Positions 37,605 through 50,514 of a DNA stretch of 64,000 nt are shown piece by piece. The notes below the pieces were generated by a model. The model was not told the DNA's origin, ran no database searches, and worked only from the letters and a program-made list of their open reading frames with translations. Numbering within the stretch: the first letter of the stretch is position 1; each line of letters opens with the position of its first letter. This stretch comes from Octopus sinensis. Its lineage: Eukaryota. The stretch spans positions 46,314,001 through 46,378,000 of the forward strand of contig NC_043001.1 of the NCBI RefSeq assembly GCF_006345805.1, read 5' to 3'. Position numbers and translations under genes: made by a program.

Positions 37605-38599
37605 CATCGACAGAAGCATACTTCATGCTCGATAACACCCACTCATCCGCCCACTCACTCTGCTCAATTAACAAAAGTGAAAAATTGGTTCGGCAAGACA
37701 GTTTAATGTTAAGGGATGAATTTCTTCAGCGGATGAGGGCTTGGGAATGGCGGTTCTAATTTAGGTTTCGTAATTTGACTGCAGGAAGGGGAAAAATAAC
37801 AGGACTAAACTGCAAAGTATTATTGGTTTGAATTTGATAACTCGTGTCAGTGTTAGTTATTCATATTCTTCCAAAGTATTATGTGGAAAGAGAGAAGAAG
37901 AGAGAGGACATGTGTGTTAGTGTGTATGCAGTGACTAGAAAGCGATATGGTGCAAGTCAGAGACTGAAATGCTAACATAAATCAGACATACTGCCTCCTG
38001 TTAATGCATCAACTAAAAAAACAAATCCTTACTGTCAAAAAGGATTAAGGACTGTTTTTAGTATTAATCTTCGCTGTGTGTGTGTGTGTGTGTGTGTGAT
38101 GGGGGTGAACAAAGTAATTGAAGTAGAATTTTGAACATGGCTCAGTTTCTTGAGATTAACTAAAGCCTCTAGAATCGGAGGGGCACTGGATTGCTCAGCT
38201 CGAATTTGCCTCTTTACTAACCTGAAATGACGAGTCAACACATGTTTCTGCTAAGTCTATTACTGTTATATACTACTTTGTACTCTGCTATTATTATACT
38301 GCTTGTATTAATATTTCGAAAACTTTTGGTAAGAAGTTCTTCAACGTATTGGCTTGTAGGTGCACAACTAATAATCTCCAATAATCTCAAAATCCGAAAC
38401 CTCTATAATCCGCAGTTTTTTTTTTTTTTTTTAGTGAGAGAAGCAACACATACGGAAAATTCAAGAAAAAGGACTCCCAAGAAAAAAAAAATGTACAGCT
38501 GTTGCAAGCCATCATGCATCAGCCATCAGCTGTTGAGCTTTGCGTCAGCTATCCTGGGTGAGGCGAAAGCATGCTAACAATTCTGCCAGCTCACAGCTT

Positions 38600-39210
38600 G
38601 AATGGTTCCAGATTTTTACACAAGGCCAGCAACTTTAGGGAAGATGGTAAATCGATTCAATCGATACCAGTGCTCAACTAATACTATTTTATCGCCTCCG
38701 AACGGATGAAACGCAAATAACTCGGCGGTATTACAAGACGGAACTTAAGGAACCGGTAGAAAATGCCGCTAAGCATTGTGTCCGACGCGCTAACGACTCT
38801 GCCGGATCGCCACCTCCATAATAATAATTGTTTCAAATTTTGGCGCAAACCCAACAATTTCAGGTGGAGGAGACTTGTCGATTTTGGTGGCAAGTTCTCT
38901 AAGGCATCGGGTTGTAGGCGCACCACCAATAATGCACCATATATGAGTCAGTCGATCCAGTACTTAACTGATACTTATTTTATCGACCCCAAAGGATAAA
39001 AGGCAAGATCGACCTTGGTGGAATGTGGCTGCTAGTTTGCAGCTTTTAACAGTAACAATAGCTTCCAGTTTACTCACAAGGCCAGCACTTTCGAAGGGAG
39101 GTTGTTAGTTGATAGCATCGAGCCCAATTCTTGACCAATACTTTATTTCATGGACCCCGGAGGAATAATAGGAATAAAGTTGACTTCGACGAGATTTTAA
39201 TTCAGATTTT
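38600..39210 (-). mobile_element. Cluster of three decayed family A SINE remnants
   Basis: Repeated CACAAGGCCAGCA, TTTTATCGACCCC and GCCGCTAAGCATT words. Confidence 0.6.
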
Positions 39211-39747
39211 AAAAAGTCATATGATAGCAACATCATCCCACCCACCAAAACCATCACTATCAGTGCTACCACAACCACCAAAATCACTACTAGCACCATC
39301 ACCACCACCGTCACTACTGCTACCAAAAAAAAAAACCAACAACGACATCAACAACACCAATAAACGCCTGAAGCATACCATGATAAATTATGTTAAATAT
39401 GATGCAAACGCCAAATATTGCGACGCCCTTGCATTTTATTAGTTCAACCGATCCTCACAAGTTCATAGGTGTTATTCATCTCTATAGTCAAACCACTTCA
39501 CTGCTCCATAACAGGTTTCTCTATAAAACACCTGGATATAACATCGGCCATCTATCAAAACATCAGCGAACGGCGAACTCTCACACCACCTGTCTGAAAA
39601 CAGACTTCCAAACCTGAAAATCGAGATTCCTGGTAAATGATTCAAGGGAATGTCTGCCACTCTCGCCCTCTGCCTTACACTTTTCTCCCTTTCTGTTGCC
39701 TCCTTCTCCTTTTCTCTCTTCGCCTTATCTCACTCTTTTTTTATGTA

Positions 39748-40257
39748 CAGTAATACCTCGATTTACGAGTTAATTTGTTCCCGGAGCCCGCTCGTAAAGC
39801 GAAAACTCGTAAAGCAGAGCAATAGTTTCCCGTAGTAGCAATGTAATAAAACGTAATTCCCAGAAAAATATTTTACCTATAAAAATTAAAATATTCGTAA
39901 ATAAATGGCAATAAAACAACGGTAGAAGGTAAAAATATTTTATGTAGAAGTAAAAAGAATGTCAAAATCATTTATAATAAAAAAAATTATTATTATAATA
40001 ATTTTTTGAATCACTTTCACTCGCACTACACTCGCGCACACCAAAACTTGAAGACGCGATCGTCGATTCACAAGCACTCGTAGACGGACTTGTAGATTTC
40101 TTTTCAAAAAACAAGTCAAGAATTAGAAGAGACTTTTTTCCGCTCTCTCTAAATTTCTCGGAAACACGTAGAAGCATTTCTTATAGTAGTATAAACCTTT
40201 CCACTTCGTTCAAAATCTGGATCTTGTGTTTTAAATGCCTAAAGTGAGGCATTACTG
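39748..40257 (-). mobile_element. Tigger/pogo-like deletion derivative
   Basis: TIRs CAGTAATACCTCGATTT / AAAGTGAGGCATTACTG with TA flanks. The minus strand retains DPDFERSGKVYTTIRNASTCFREI*RERKK, a Tigger transposase C-terminal pattern. Confidence 0.8.
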
Positions 40258-41161
40258 TACTTACAAAGGTTTCTCTTAGGTGACTGCTTGTGATTTAAGG
40301 AAGATGTGGCAGCAATTTCTCGCAAGTTGAGTAACTACACACAAACTCCTAATTTGGAATGTAAGCACGTATTACATAATACATACAGTGTTCATAAATT
40401 ATCTTTGCAAATTCCACACTTTATTGTGTCGCTAAAGTTGAAATCCATCGATCAACTTCCTTGCATGTTAAATAAATATTATTAAAGTCTTCTGATGTTT
40501 ATAATAAAGCTTCATTTGTTTGCTTATGCTTTCCAATAAACTCTGCTGAGTTATTCTTATTTTACTTTTTCTTTTCCTGAATTTTTCATTATGTAAAGGT
40601 AATTTATGGATAGCCTGTATGTATGCAAGTATGTATGTATGTATGTATGTATGTATGTATGTATGTATGTATGTATGTATGTATGAGCGTACGTACGCAC
40701 GCTTGTGTGTGTGAGTGTGTGTGTAACTTGCTTAAAACCCCTCAGATTAATAAAAACGGCTTTTATCATAACTAAACACAAATATACACACACTCACACA
40801 AATACACACATACACACATTCTTTTATTAGCAGTAGTCAGTTAAATAATTAACTAAGTAAGTAATCAATTGTTTGACTAAGTCAATCAACCAGAAGTCAA
40901 TCAACCAGTTGGTTTGTCAGACCTGTTCTAGTTACTCTAGTTACTCCAGGTGTACGTGCGCGCACGTGTGTGTTGTGTACGCGCGCGAGTCTACATGGTA
41001 ACAGAACGGCTTTTCAGAAAGATAAGACATACTGCCGCATAAATATAATTACAATCTGCACCTTTCATTGAGTACTTCACTCATGTTCCTTATATTTAAC
41101 TATTCAACATGTATGTATGTATGTATGTATGTATGTATGTATATGTATGTATGTATGTATG

Positions 41162-41235
<74 letters not shown>

Positions 41236-41254
41236 ATTCCCTCTCCGTTTTTTC

Positions 41255-41385
41255 CCTCTTAATCCTTTCTGTTGAAGAGCATAGGCTCGAAACGTAAAAG
41301 ACTTTTCCATTTTTTCCCGAGCGTTAAACTGATACACCTGCTTGTTGTTCCTACACTTTTCTTCGTCTTTTGTTTTCTGTAAATT
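41255..41385 (+). mobile_element. Penelope-like fragment with minimal hammerhead-like motif (41265-41300)
   Basis: CTTT CTGTTGA A GAGC ATAG GCTC GAAA C GTA AAAG. Confidence 0.75.
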
Positions 41386-41394
41386 TGAACTATA

Positions 41395-41477
<83 letters not shown>

Positions 41478-41855
41478 GTAATATACATGTACATATATAT
41501 ATATACATATATAAATAATATAAATATAAGAGAGTGGTCACTATATTGCTCACTCTAGCACCAGTTAATCCAAAGTTTCAACCACGAAAATACATGTTTC
41601 CCATGAAAGCCAGTACGACTGTTAGCTCACACGGACAGGGCAAATAAAAATAACAAAATACAGATTATTTTGGGACAATTGTTTCGCTATTAATGAATTA
41701 AATGTAATATACTTACAAAAAATCCATTTGTAGCTCGTCAGCCAAGACTATCTCTCTCACCTTATTAATTAAATATATACATATATATATACATATATAT
41801 ATATATACACACACATATATATATATATATGCTTATACAAATATGTATATGTATG

Positions 41856-41919
<64 letters not shown>

Positions 41920-42120
41920 ATATATATATCTATATATATATATATAAATTTGTCTGCATATGTGTGTGCGTGTGTTATAAATTATTTTAACGATGGCACT
42001 TGAAATAGATAAAGCTATATATTAATGATTAGAATGTTGGGTTAAAAAAAGACCATTGGATTAAAGACCATTGGAAAAAATCAAAAACTGTCCGTGAGAC
42101 CCATCTCGTCTTTTGTTTCT

Positions 42121-42491
42121 TTTTATCTTTTAATTGTTTTAGTCATCTGACTGCAGCCATACTGGGCCACCACCTTAAAGAATTTTTAGTTAAATGAATC
42201 GACCTCAATACTTATTTTTTAAAGCCTGGTACTTATTCTATCGGTCGCTTTTGCCGAACCGCGGTGGTGGGGAACAAACATAGACACAAAGATGCGTGTG
42301 CGCGGGCACCACACACACACACACACACGCGCGATGGGCTTCTTTTAAGTTTCCGTCTACCAAATCCACTTAGAAGGCTTTGATCAACCCGAGGCTAAAG
42401 TAGAAGACACTTGCCCAAGGTTCCGCGCAGTGGGACCGAAACCGGGACCATGTGGTTGGGAGACAAACTTCTTACCACACAGTTATGCCTA
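42121..42491 (-). mobile_element. Family B SINE
   Basis: Both halves present, with an internal (CA)n; GTAGAAGACACTTGCCCAAGG and GGGACCGAAACCGGGACCATGTGG. Confidence 0.85.
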
Positions 42492-42589
42492 CGTGGTTCG
42501 GGTTCCATGGGCAGCTTTAGACCTTTTTCCATCCAATGCGCTTTTTAATCCAATATTTTATACGCTAATATTTATAATTGTATTTAAAG

Positions 42590-42800
42590 CGACGTGGTAG
42601 AATCGTTAGCACGCCCGGCAAAATGCTTAGCAGCATTTCGTCCGACCTTACATTCTGAGTTCAAATTCCGCGAGGTCATCTTTGCCTTCCAATCTTTTGG
42701 GGTCGATAAAATAAGTACCTGTTGATCAATGGGGTCGATGTAATCGACTTACTTGCGCCATCCCCACAACTGCTGGCATTGTGTCAAAAATTTGAAATCA
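42590..42800 (+). mobile_element. Family A SINE with tail type 2
   Basis: GCGACGTGGTAGAATCGTTAGCACGCCCGGC...TGCTGGCATTGTGTCAAAAATTTGAAATC. Confidence 0.85.
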
Positions 42801-43132
42801 GTATTTATAACTGTAGATGCTGTCACGAAGCTTCAGAATTCTTATAATGTAAAATGGCTTACAATTCTCCCTGGTGTCGGAGTGTTGCTTTGCTACAATG
42901 CTTAGCATATCAGTCATTGCTGCTGAAGTTGGGGGTTCATGCCCACCGGCCAGCATATGACTTTCGTTTTTTTTTGTTTGTTTGTTGTTTTTTTTTTCAT
43001 CCAAGGAAATATTCTGCACGCTATTATGTCTAACTTTATCTTCTTCGAGTTCTACCGGGAAAAATATTCTATTTATACCTTTCGAAGTTTCTAAGTATTA
43101 ATAATGTAAACGTACACACACACACACACACA

Positions 43133-43171
<39 letters not shown>

Positions 43172-43346
43172 ACTTACACACAAAGATACACACATATACA
43201 TACATATGTGCGTGTGTGTGTGTGTATGTGTGTACGTGTGGATGTGTAGAACGTACATGTGTATATAACATTATATATAGGAATATATGTGGTGTGTGTG
43301 AGTGTGTATCTGCGGATAGGAAGAGAGGAGAAAGAGAGGGAGATAC

Positions 43347-43381
<35 letters not shown>

Positions 43382-43660
43382 CACAGAGGCAAATTGATAG
43401 AGAAAATCATGAAGATCAGCAACACATTAAAAGTGTCATATAACAGGAGGTAGGAAGAGTTTGTTAGTTTAAGATTAGGAATGGTAGCTGTTATTATTTA
43501 TTAGACAGAATAGGTGGGCGTAATGTCTTTCTGAACTATCATTTACACGGTGATGGCTATACTTAGTGGATGACGTTGGCATGCTATATGCTTTTACACA
43601 TAAAATTTTGTGTGTGTGTGGTGTGTATGCGTGTGTATGTGTGTGCATGTGTGTATTATA

Positions 43661-43741
<81 letters not shown>

Positions 43742-43805
43742 GTGAAAAGGTAAATTGTAGTGAAAAATATACTAAGAAAGAAAATGTACAGAAATTTTAA
43801 GCTTG

Positions 43806-43877
<72 letters not shown>

Positions 43878-44050
43878 GTGTGTGTATTTGTGTGTGTGTG
43901 TGTGTGTATTTACGCACACATACACACACGCATACACACACACATATATATAGTCGACCGGTTTCGCTTGTGCTAATCATGACTAAAAAGTTAGTGATAA
44001 TGTTGCAATTTCATGCGATCATAAGAAATTTTCATTACATATCCATTTCC

Positions 44051-44104
<54 letters not shown>

Positions 44105-44344
44105 AGATATATGTGTACCTGTGTTCACGTATATGCCTATGCATATGCTCACACCTAGAAATCAACACTCATATACATATATAGGGGAGTATGTATAGAT
44201 ATGTTGATAATAAACAGGAATAGAACTCAATATATGAAGTAGGGTATATATATATACATTAGCTACGAAGTGACGTATGTGATTTAAGGCCCAGAATTCC
44301 ATAGCTCCCTTTATCTCTCTCTATTTCTCTCTCTCTCTATTCGT

Positions 44345-44400
<56 letters not shown>

Positions 44401-44802
44401 TATTATATATATATAAACTTAAAAAAAGAATACACGAAACGAACAATTCACGTAATTGCTTCCAGTTGCCAGTGTACTAATGGCATACTTTTGACGATGA
44501 GATTGCACAACACTCTGATACTGCCGCGGCTACAACAACAATAAAAACAACAGCAGCAACAACAACAACTACTATTACTGAATGTATTGTTGATAACAAC
44601 AAAAACATCAGCATCAACAACACAAAGTCTTCTTTTTCATATATTTAAATAATTATTGTTTTTATCTCCCACAAATGGGACCATAAAGGGAAGAGTACAA
44701 GGACGAATTACGAAAGCTTTAGGGATTCATGTAGAATCGTGTGTGTGTACGCGCGCGTGTATATTATTCTCTGTGTGTGTATAATTCTGTGTATATGTGA
44801 GC

Positions 44803-44843
<41 letters not shown>

Positions 44844-44960
44844 CGTGCGTGTGTAAGTGTGTGTATCAGTAAGTATGTATAAAGGGCCCAAAAATATAAG
44901 CACACAAAAGGCATGAAAAAAAGAGGTTCCATATGGGTGACAAACAATTATGCTAATGAA

Positions 44961-45735
44961 AATAACCCTTTCTACTTTAAGCGTAAGGCCTGAAATTTGG
45001 CGGGAGGGAGTAAGTCGATTGCATCAACCCCAGTGCTCAACTGGTACCTATTTTACCGACCCCGAAAGGATGAAAGACAAAGTCGAACCCCAGCGGCATT
45101 TGCAATGAGAACGTGAATACAGACGAAATACCTATTTCTTTACTACCCACAAGGGGCTAAACATAGAGGGGACAAACAAGGACAGACAAACGGATTAAGT
45201 CGATTATATCGACCCCAGTGCGTAACTGGTACTTATTTTACCGACCCCGAAAGGATGAAAGACAAAATCGAACCCCGGCGGAATTTGAACTCAGAACGTA
45301 ACGGCAGACGAAATACCTATTTCTTTACTACTCACAAGGGGCTAAACACAGAGAGGACAAACAAGGACAGACAAACGGATTAAGTCGATTATATCGACCC
45401 CAGTGCGTAACTGGTACTTATTTTACCGACCCCGAAAGGATGAAAGACAAAGTCGAACCCCGGCGGAATTTGAACTCAGAACGTAACGGCAGACGAAATA
45501 CCTATTTCTTTACTACTCACAAGGGGCTAAACACAGAGAGGACAAACAAGGACAGACAAACGGATTAAGTCGATTATATCGACCCCAGTGCGTAAATGGT
45601 ACTTATTTAATCGACCCCGAAAGGATGAAAGGCAAAGTCGACCTCGGCGGAATTTGAAATCAAATGGTGAAGATGGACAAAATGCCACTAAGCATTTTGC
45701 TCAGCGTGCTAACTAGTCTGACGGGTCGCCACCTT
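44961..45735 (-). mobile_element. Head-to-tail array of four family A SINE bodies (period 185 bp) with one head
   Basis: Junction GAAATACCTATTTC at 45125, 45310 and 45495. One 5' head at 45660-45735; three tail-1 units and a terminal tail-3 unit. Confidence 0.92.
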
Positions 45736-46212
45736 ACTGATTAATAATCATATTGATAATGCTATTTCTTTCTAATAATGGCACAAGACCAACAGTTTTA
45801 GGGGAGGAAGCTAGTCGATTACATTGATTTCAGTGTTTGACTGGTGTTCAAGGCTATATCGATACCGAAAGAATGAATAGCAAATTTGACCTCGAAATGA
45901 TTTGAACCCAGAATGTAAAGAGCTAGAAAAAATACCGCTAAGTATTTTGTCCAAAGCGCTAACAGTTGTGCCAGCTCGCCACTTTAATCCTTTAGCGCCC
46001 ATGGTCCTTTTTGGGGGGACCAGAAGAATAATCCACGTTTCTGCAACACCTGTATTTCTGAGATATCTTTTATTAGTTATCAAGACTGGAGTGTCTTTCA
46101 AATATTGTAATAATTCTTTTATATATTTAGTATCAGATAAAGGTCGTATAAGATATATTTTTGATAATAAGTCAAATAAAAAATTTGGGTACTAATGTAT
46201 TAATAATAATTA

Positions 46213-46728
46213 TAAGTACAAAGCAGTGCCTTCCAAAGCAGTGGAATTTTTATCATGTAGATGTTTTGTTTTGGTGTAAAAGATGGGTTACAGAAAATAT
46301 TCAGCTCAATACTACAGATTTGCTTGTCAGTTACTTGACCTTAATCAGTCGAGCATGTCCCTTGGTGGCTGACAATATGAGCATCTCTGATCACGAGCAG
46401 TAGTGGGCAAACATCATAGCCATGTTTCGAGAGAGATTATTTAGGGTTTACCTCTGGGAACATAGATGCTTCACCCATCATCCTTAAACAACCCTTATTC
46501 AGGGATCTTTTGAGTGGGAATGGTTATACGACTTGAAGAAAATTCTAACTGGGCCCCACCTGCAAGGTCATACGCTGATTATCTTAATATGAGGTCACCA
46601 TGTCGTGCATATTTTGTGATGCATGTGCCTGGTGCACCCTTATCAGATGGGTTATCGTGATGAGTATATTGGACTTCGTGTATTTGTACCCCAGTGTCAC
46701 TTTGATGGCATGCTCTGCTCTCTCACTC
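46213..46728 (+). mobile_element. TAA-embedded non-coding element, copy 4 (older, 5' deletion)
   Basis: (TAA)n on both sides; body homologous to 25207-25764. Confidence 0.88.
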
Positions 46729-46808
<80 letters not shown>

Positions 46809-46809
46809 G

Positions 46810-47030
46810 ATAATCCTTTCTACTATAGGCACAAATCCTGAAACTTTTGGAGGAGGGGTTCTAGTCCATTACATCGACGCCAAAGCTCGACTAGTACTTT
46901 ATTTTATCGATCTCAAAAGGGTAAACAGCAAAGTCAAACCCCACGGAATTTGAACTCAGAACGTGAAGACGGACGAAATGATGCCAAGTATTTTGTCCAA
47001 CGTGCTAACGATTCCCCAACCCACCGCCAT
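46810..47030 (-). mobile_element. Family A SINE with tail type 3
   Basis: ATCCTTTCTACTATAGGCACAAATCCTGAAAC...GGAATTTGAACTCAGAACG...CGTGCTAACGATT. Confidence 0.8.
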
Positions 47031-47589
47031 AACATTAATAATCACAACAATAACATCAACAATAATAATATCCTCAGAGCATTTTCAAGAATTTTTATCG
47101 CCGCAGACGAATGTGTCAACTTTGTAAATTACGAGACATTACCGTCAGCAGCGAGAGCAGCAGCAGAAATGATAACAACAGAGGCAACAACAATAATAAT
47201 ACCATCAACAGTAATGGATGCTGCAAAAATGTTTTATGAGAACTCATCCAGATGAATAAAAAAAAGAAAAGAAAAGAAGCACTGTTCCTCGCGTCCGCAC
47301 AAACATACAGATACGCATACACCCGCGCCAGCTATATAATTACATGAACGTGTATGCATGGTATGTATGTATGCATGCATGAATGTATGTATGCATGTAT
47401 GTGTGTGTGTATGTGTTTGTGTGTATATATATATATATATATATATTCATATACACACGAAACCATGGCTGTGTGTTAAAAAGTTTGAAACACGTGGTTC
47501 TGTGTTCATTTCCACTGCGTGGCATCTTGGACCGTATTAGCTTGTCGCTTTCTTTGCTTGAAAATTCTAGCTTCATCGGGTTGTGATTT

Positions 47590-48050
47590 AGACATTTACA
47601 AACATAACTAAGCGTACCAATGATTATTGGTATAGATATGAATTTATAATCAGGATAGAGGAGTTACAAATTCTGAAACAGTTGTCCATAGCTATTCTCC
47701 TTGTGTCGCCCTTATTTTGGAACAGTTGTTCATAATTGCAAGAAAGTTAATGTCTATGACTCTGCACGATCTTTCTTTTCTTTTCCAAATAACTATGTCA
47801 GGCGCGTTATGCTTGTACTTCGTAGATTTGACTGAAACATTCCACCAATAATCACTGTTTGGATATGTATGTATTCAATCGCAGAATTGCTGTTTATATT
47901 TATTCCAGACCAATCTTCCTTTTGCAGATGGCATTGTTCATTGTTTAGCATCATCATGACGCAGTGGGATACCGTATATCGATGAATATTTTTATAGCTA
48001 CTGAATATGTGTTTATTGTTCTTTACAAAAGAGTACCATAATCGTTACTT
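47590..48050 (-). mobile_element. Decayed RLE-type non-LTR retrotransposon (zinc-knuckle region plus PD..D endonuclease)
   Basis: Minus strand, with frameshifts: RLW...KHIFSS...PLRHDDAK; YWWNVSVKSTKYKHNAPDIVIWKRKERSCRVIDI; NSYGQLFQNL*LLYPDYKFISIPIIIGTL. The remnant may extend toward about 48550. Confidence 0.78.
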
Positions 48051-48614
48051 GGGGTTAACTCTTGGGAGTTTAAGGGCTTCATTGTCCCGTTTTATGCAGT
48101 AGCTATTTCCTGCTCTTGGGTTGTGAAAGCTGAGCCATCGAAATGTGACATAATGTAACCTGAGACCGATTGCATGCTAATCAGTCAAACGACGCTGAAC
48201 CGATTATATATGAAGAAGTCACCACCGTTAAACACTATAGAGGTAACGCAAGCAGATAACTTCAGCCATACTTCTTTCTTCGGAAATAAAGAAAAGTGGG
48301 AAACAACAAAATGATTCAAGTACGTCTGGCATTTATAAGAGCATGTTACTAATTGCAACATAACGGAGAAAGTTTTACGAAATGCTGATCATATAGATAG
48401 CAAAAGAACAAAATGCTGCGGGTTATAGATAGCTGAGAAGTACCCCAAATCCATACAAAATCTGCAAGGTATCTAAATATCAGATCAGTAGTATTCCTTA
48501 AATGTCGCAACTCTAAGAAGTAGCTCTTGAAAAGTATCATATTACCTTGAAATGGAATGAATCAATACTCAACTATTTACCAAGAACAACTGGATTTTTT
48601 GCTGATCTTACTAA

Positions 48615-49030
48615 GGCGGCGAGCTGGCAGAAACGTTAGCGCGCCGGGCGAAATGCTCAGCGGTATTTCGTCTGTCGTTACGTTCTGAGTTCAAATTCCG
48701 CCGAGGTCGACTTTGCCTTTCGTCCTTTCGGGGTCGATAAATTAAGTACCAGTTACGCACTGGGGTCGATCTAATCGACTTAATACCTATGTCTGTCCTT
48801 GTTTGTCCCCTCTCTGTTTAGCCCCTTGTGGGTAATAAAGAAATAGGTATTTCGTCTGTCGATACGTTCTGAGTTCAAATTCCGCCGAGGTCGACTTTGC
48901 CTTTCATCCTTTCGGGGTCGATTAAATAAGTACCAGTTACGCACTGGGGTCGATATAATCGATTTAATCCGTTTGTCTGTCTTTGTTTGTCCCCTCTGTG
49001 TGTAGCCTCTTGTGGGCAGTAAAGAAATAA
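48615..49030 (+). mobile_element. Young family A SINE dimer (head plus two bodies, period 184 bp)
   Basis: Junction GAAATAGGTATTTC at 48840-53. An older tail-2 SINE follows at about 49036-49240. Confidence 0.92.
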
Positions 49031-50152
49031 GAATAGTTAACGCGCCGGCAAAAATGCTTAGCGGTGTATTTTACGACTTTACATTCTGAGTTCAAATGCC
49101 GCCGAGGACAACTTTGCCTGTCATTCTTTTAGAGTCGATGATATAAGTATCAGTTTATCAGTTGAACACTGAGGTCAAGGTGATCGAACTCTCCTTCCTC
49201 CAAAATTGCTGGCCTTCCACCAAAATTTGAAACCAATACTACTGAGTTCATTATTCATTGTATGAGTTCCCTCTTTGATACTCTGTAGTCACGCATTTAT
49301 CTCCATGTAACAGTTTTTTTAAAAATCTCCCCTTCTACTTGTTTAGTTATATATTTTTAAAGTCAGTTTCTACATATTGTAAAAATTGTTTCTAATTACG
49401 GAGACAAAATAACAAGTTACGTTGCTTACGATATTTTTTTACTAAAGATGCCAGAATAAAACCTTACACAATAACAACCCATTTATGTCTCGTGTACTGT
49501 AGAATTTGGTGTACTTTGTCGTCAAAAGATTAGTTGAGAAGAGATTACAATGTATTAGTATTAATAACGGACACGGACTATATCGTTTTATAAAAATATT
49601 TATTCTACTGTATGCATCGAGAAATCTAATTTTGTTCATGTACACATCTATAACTTCAGTGTGAGTGTGTGCATGTAGGCTTACACATTTACACACACAC
49701 ACATGTATGTATATATATATATATAATACAAGTCTAGTTTCTTCGTAGATTCTGCGTCCAGTATTCTAACTGGGTATTGACTAACCAGAGATTATATCGG
49801 GAGATGCTTTCCTAAGTAGCCGTGCATTGAAATCGAACCCGAAACGACGGATGTTGTGAGGCAAACTCCATAATGACGCAACCGTGCTTGTGCCTTTATA
49901 CCCACGCAAAGTTATGTCGGAAATGTATCAAATATTTGTTTTGCAAACATTTAGTGATGTATTGGAGAGATATGCTGATAAATTTATTAATGCGTTGTGC
50001 CCACCCATTTTTTAAAAAATAATTTAAATAATTTTCTGTGAATAACACCCAGTCAATTAAAAAATAAAACCATGCCTGTTCTTACAGCTATTTTCAATGG
50101 CGTATGTGCTAGTGACCTTTATCAATATCTCATGATGACGCCAGACATCTAC

Positions 50153-50235
50153 GTCTGCTATGATGAATGTCGTCTACTATGGTGAATGTCGTCTGCTATG
50201 GTGAATGTCGTCTGCTACGGTGAATGTCGTCTGCT
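50153..50235. repeat. 19-bp minisatellite, 4.4 copies
   Basis: Unit GTCTGCTATGGTGAATGTC with single substitutions. Confidence 0.9.
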
Positions 50236-50428
50236 TCTTACTTAATAAGCCTCCGATGATTCTGTTTCATATTTTTCATCGTTTTGTATAAGCGCAGGAG
50301 TAGGTTATATGGGTAAGAAGCTCGATTTAGAACCACTTTATTTTTTACTAAACATCGAACACCAAAAGCCTGTTGTCCGGTACCTTGGGCAACTAGTTTT
50401 TCGTTATAGCCCCGGGCCGACCAATGTC

Positions 50429-50514
<86 letters not shown>

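Noticed and set aside
44961-45735. CRISPR-like or satellite array
   Set aside because: The units are whole SINE bodies with no unique spacers, and the context is eukaryotic.
45983-46200. piggyBac MITE (TTAA-TCCTTTAGC)
   Set aside because: I found no matching second TIR.
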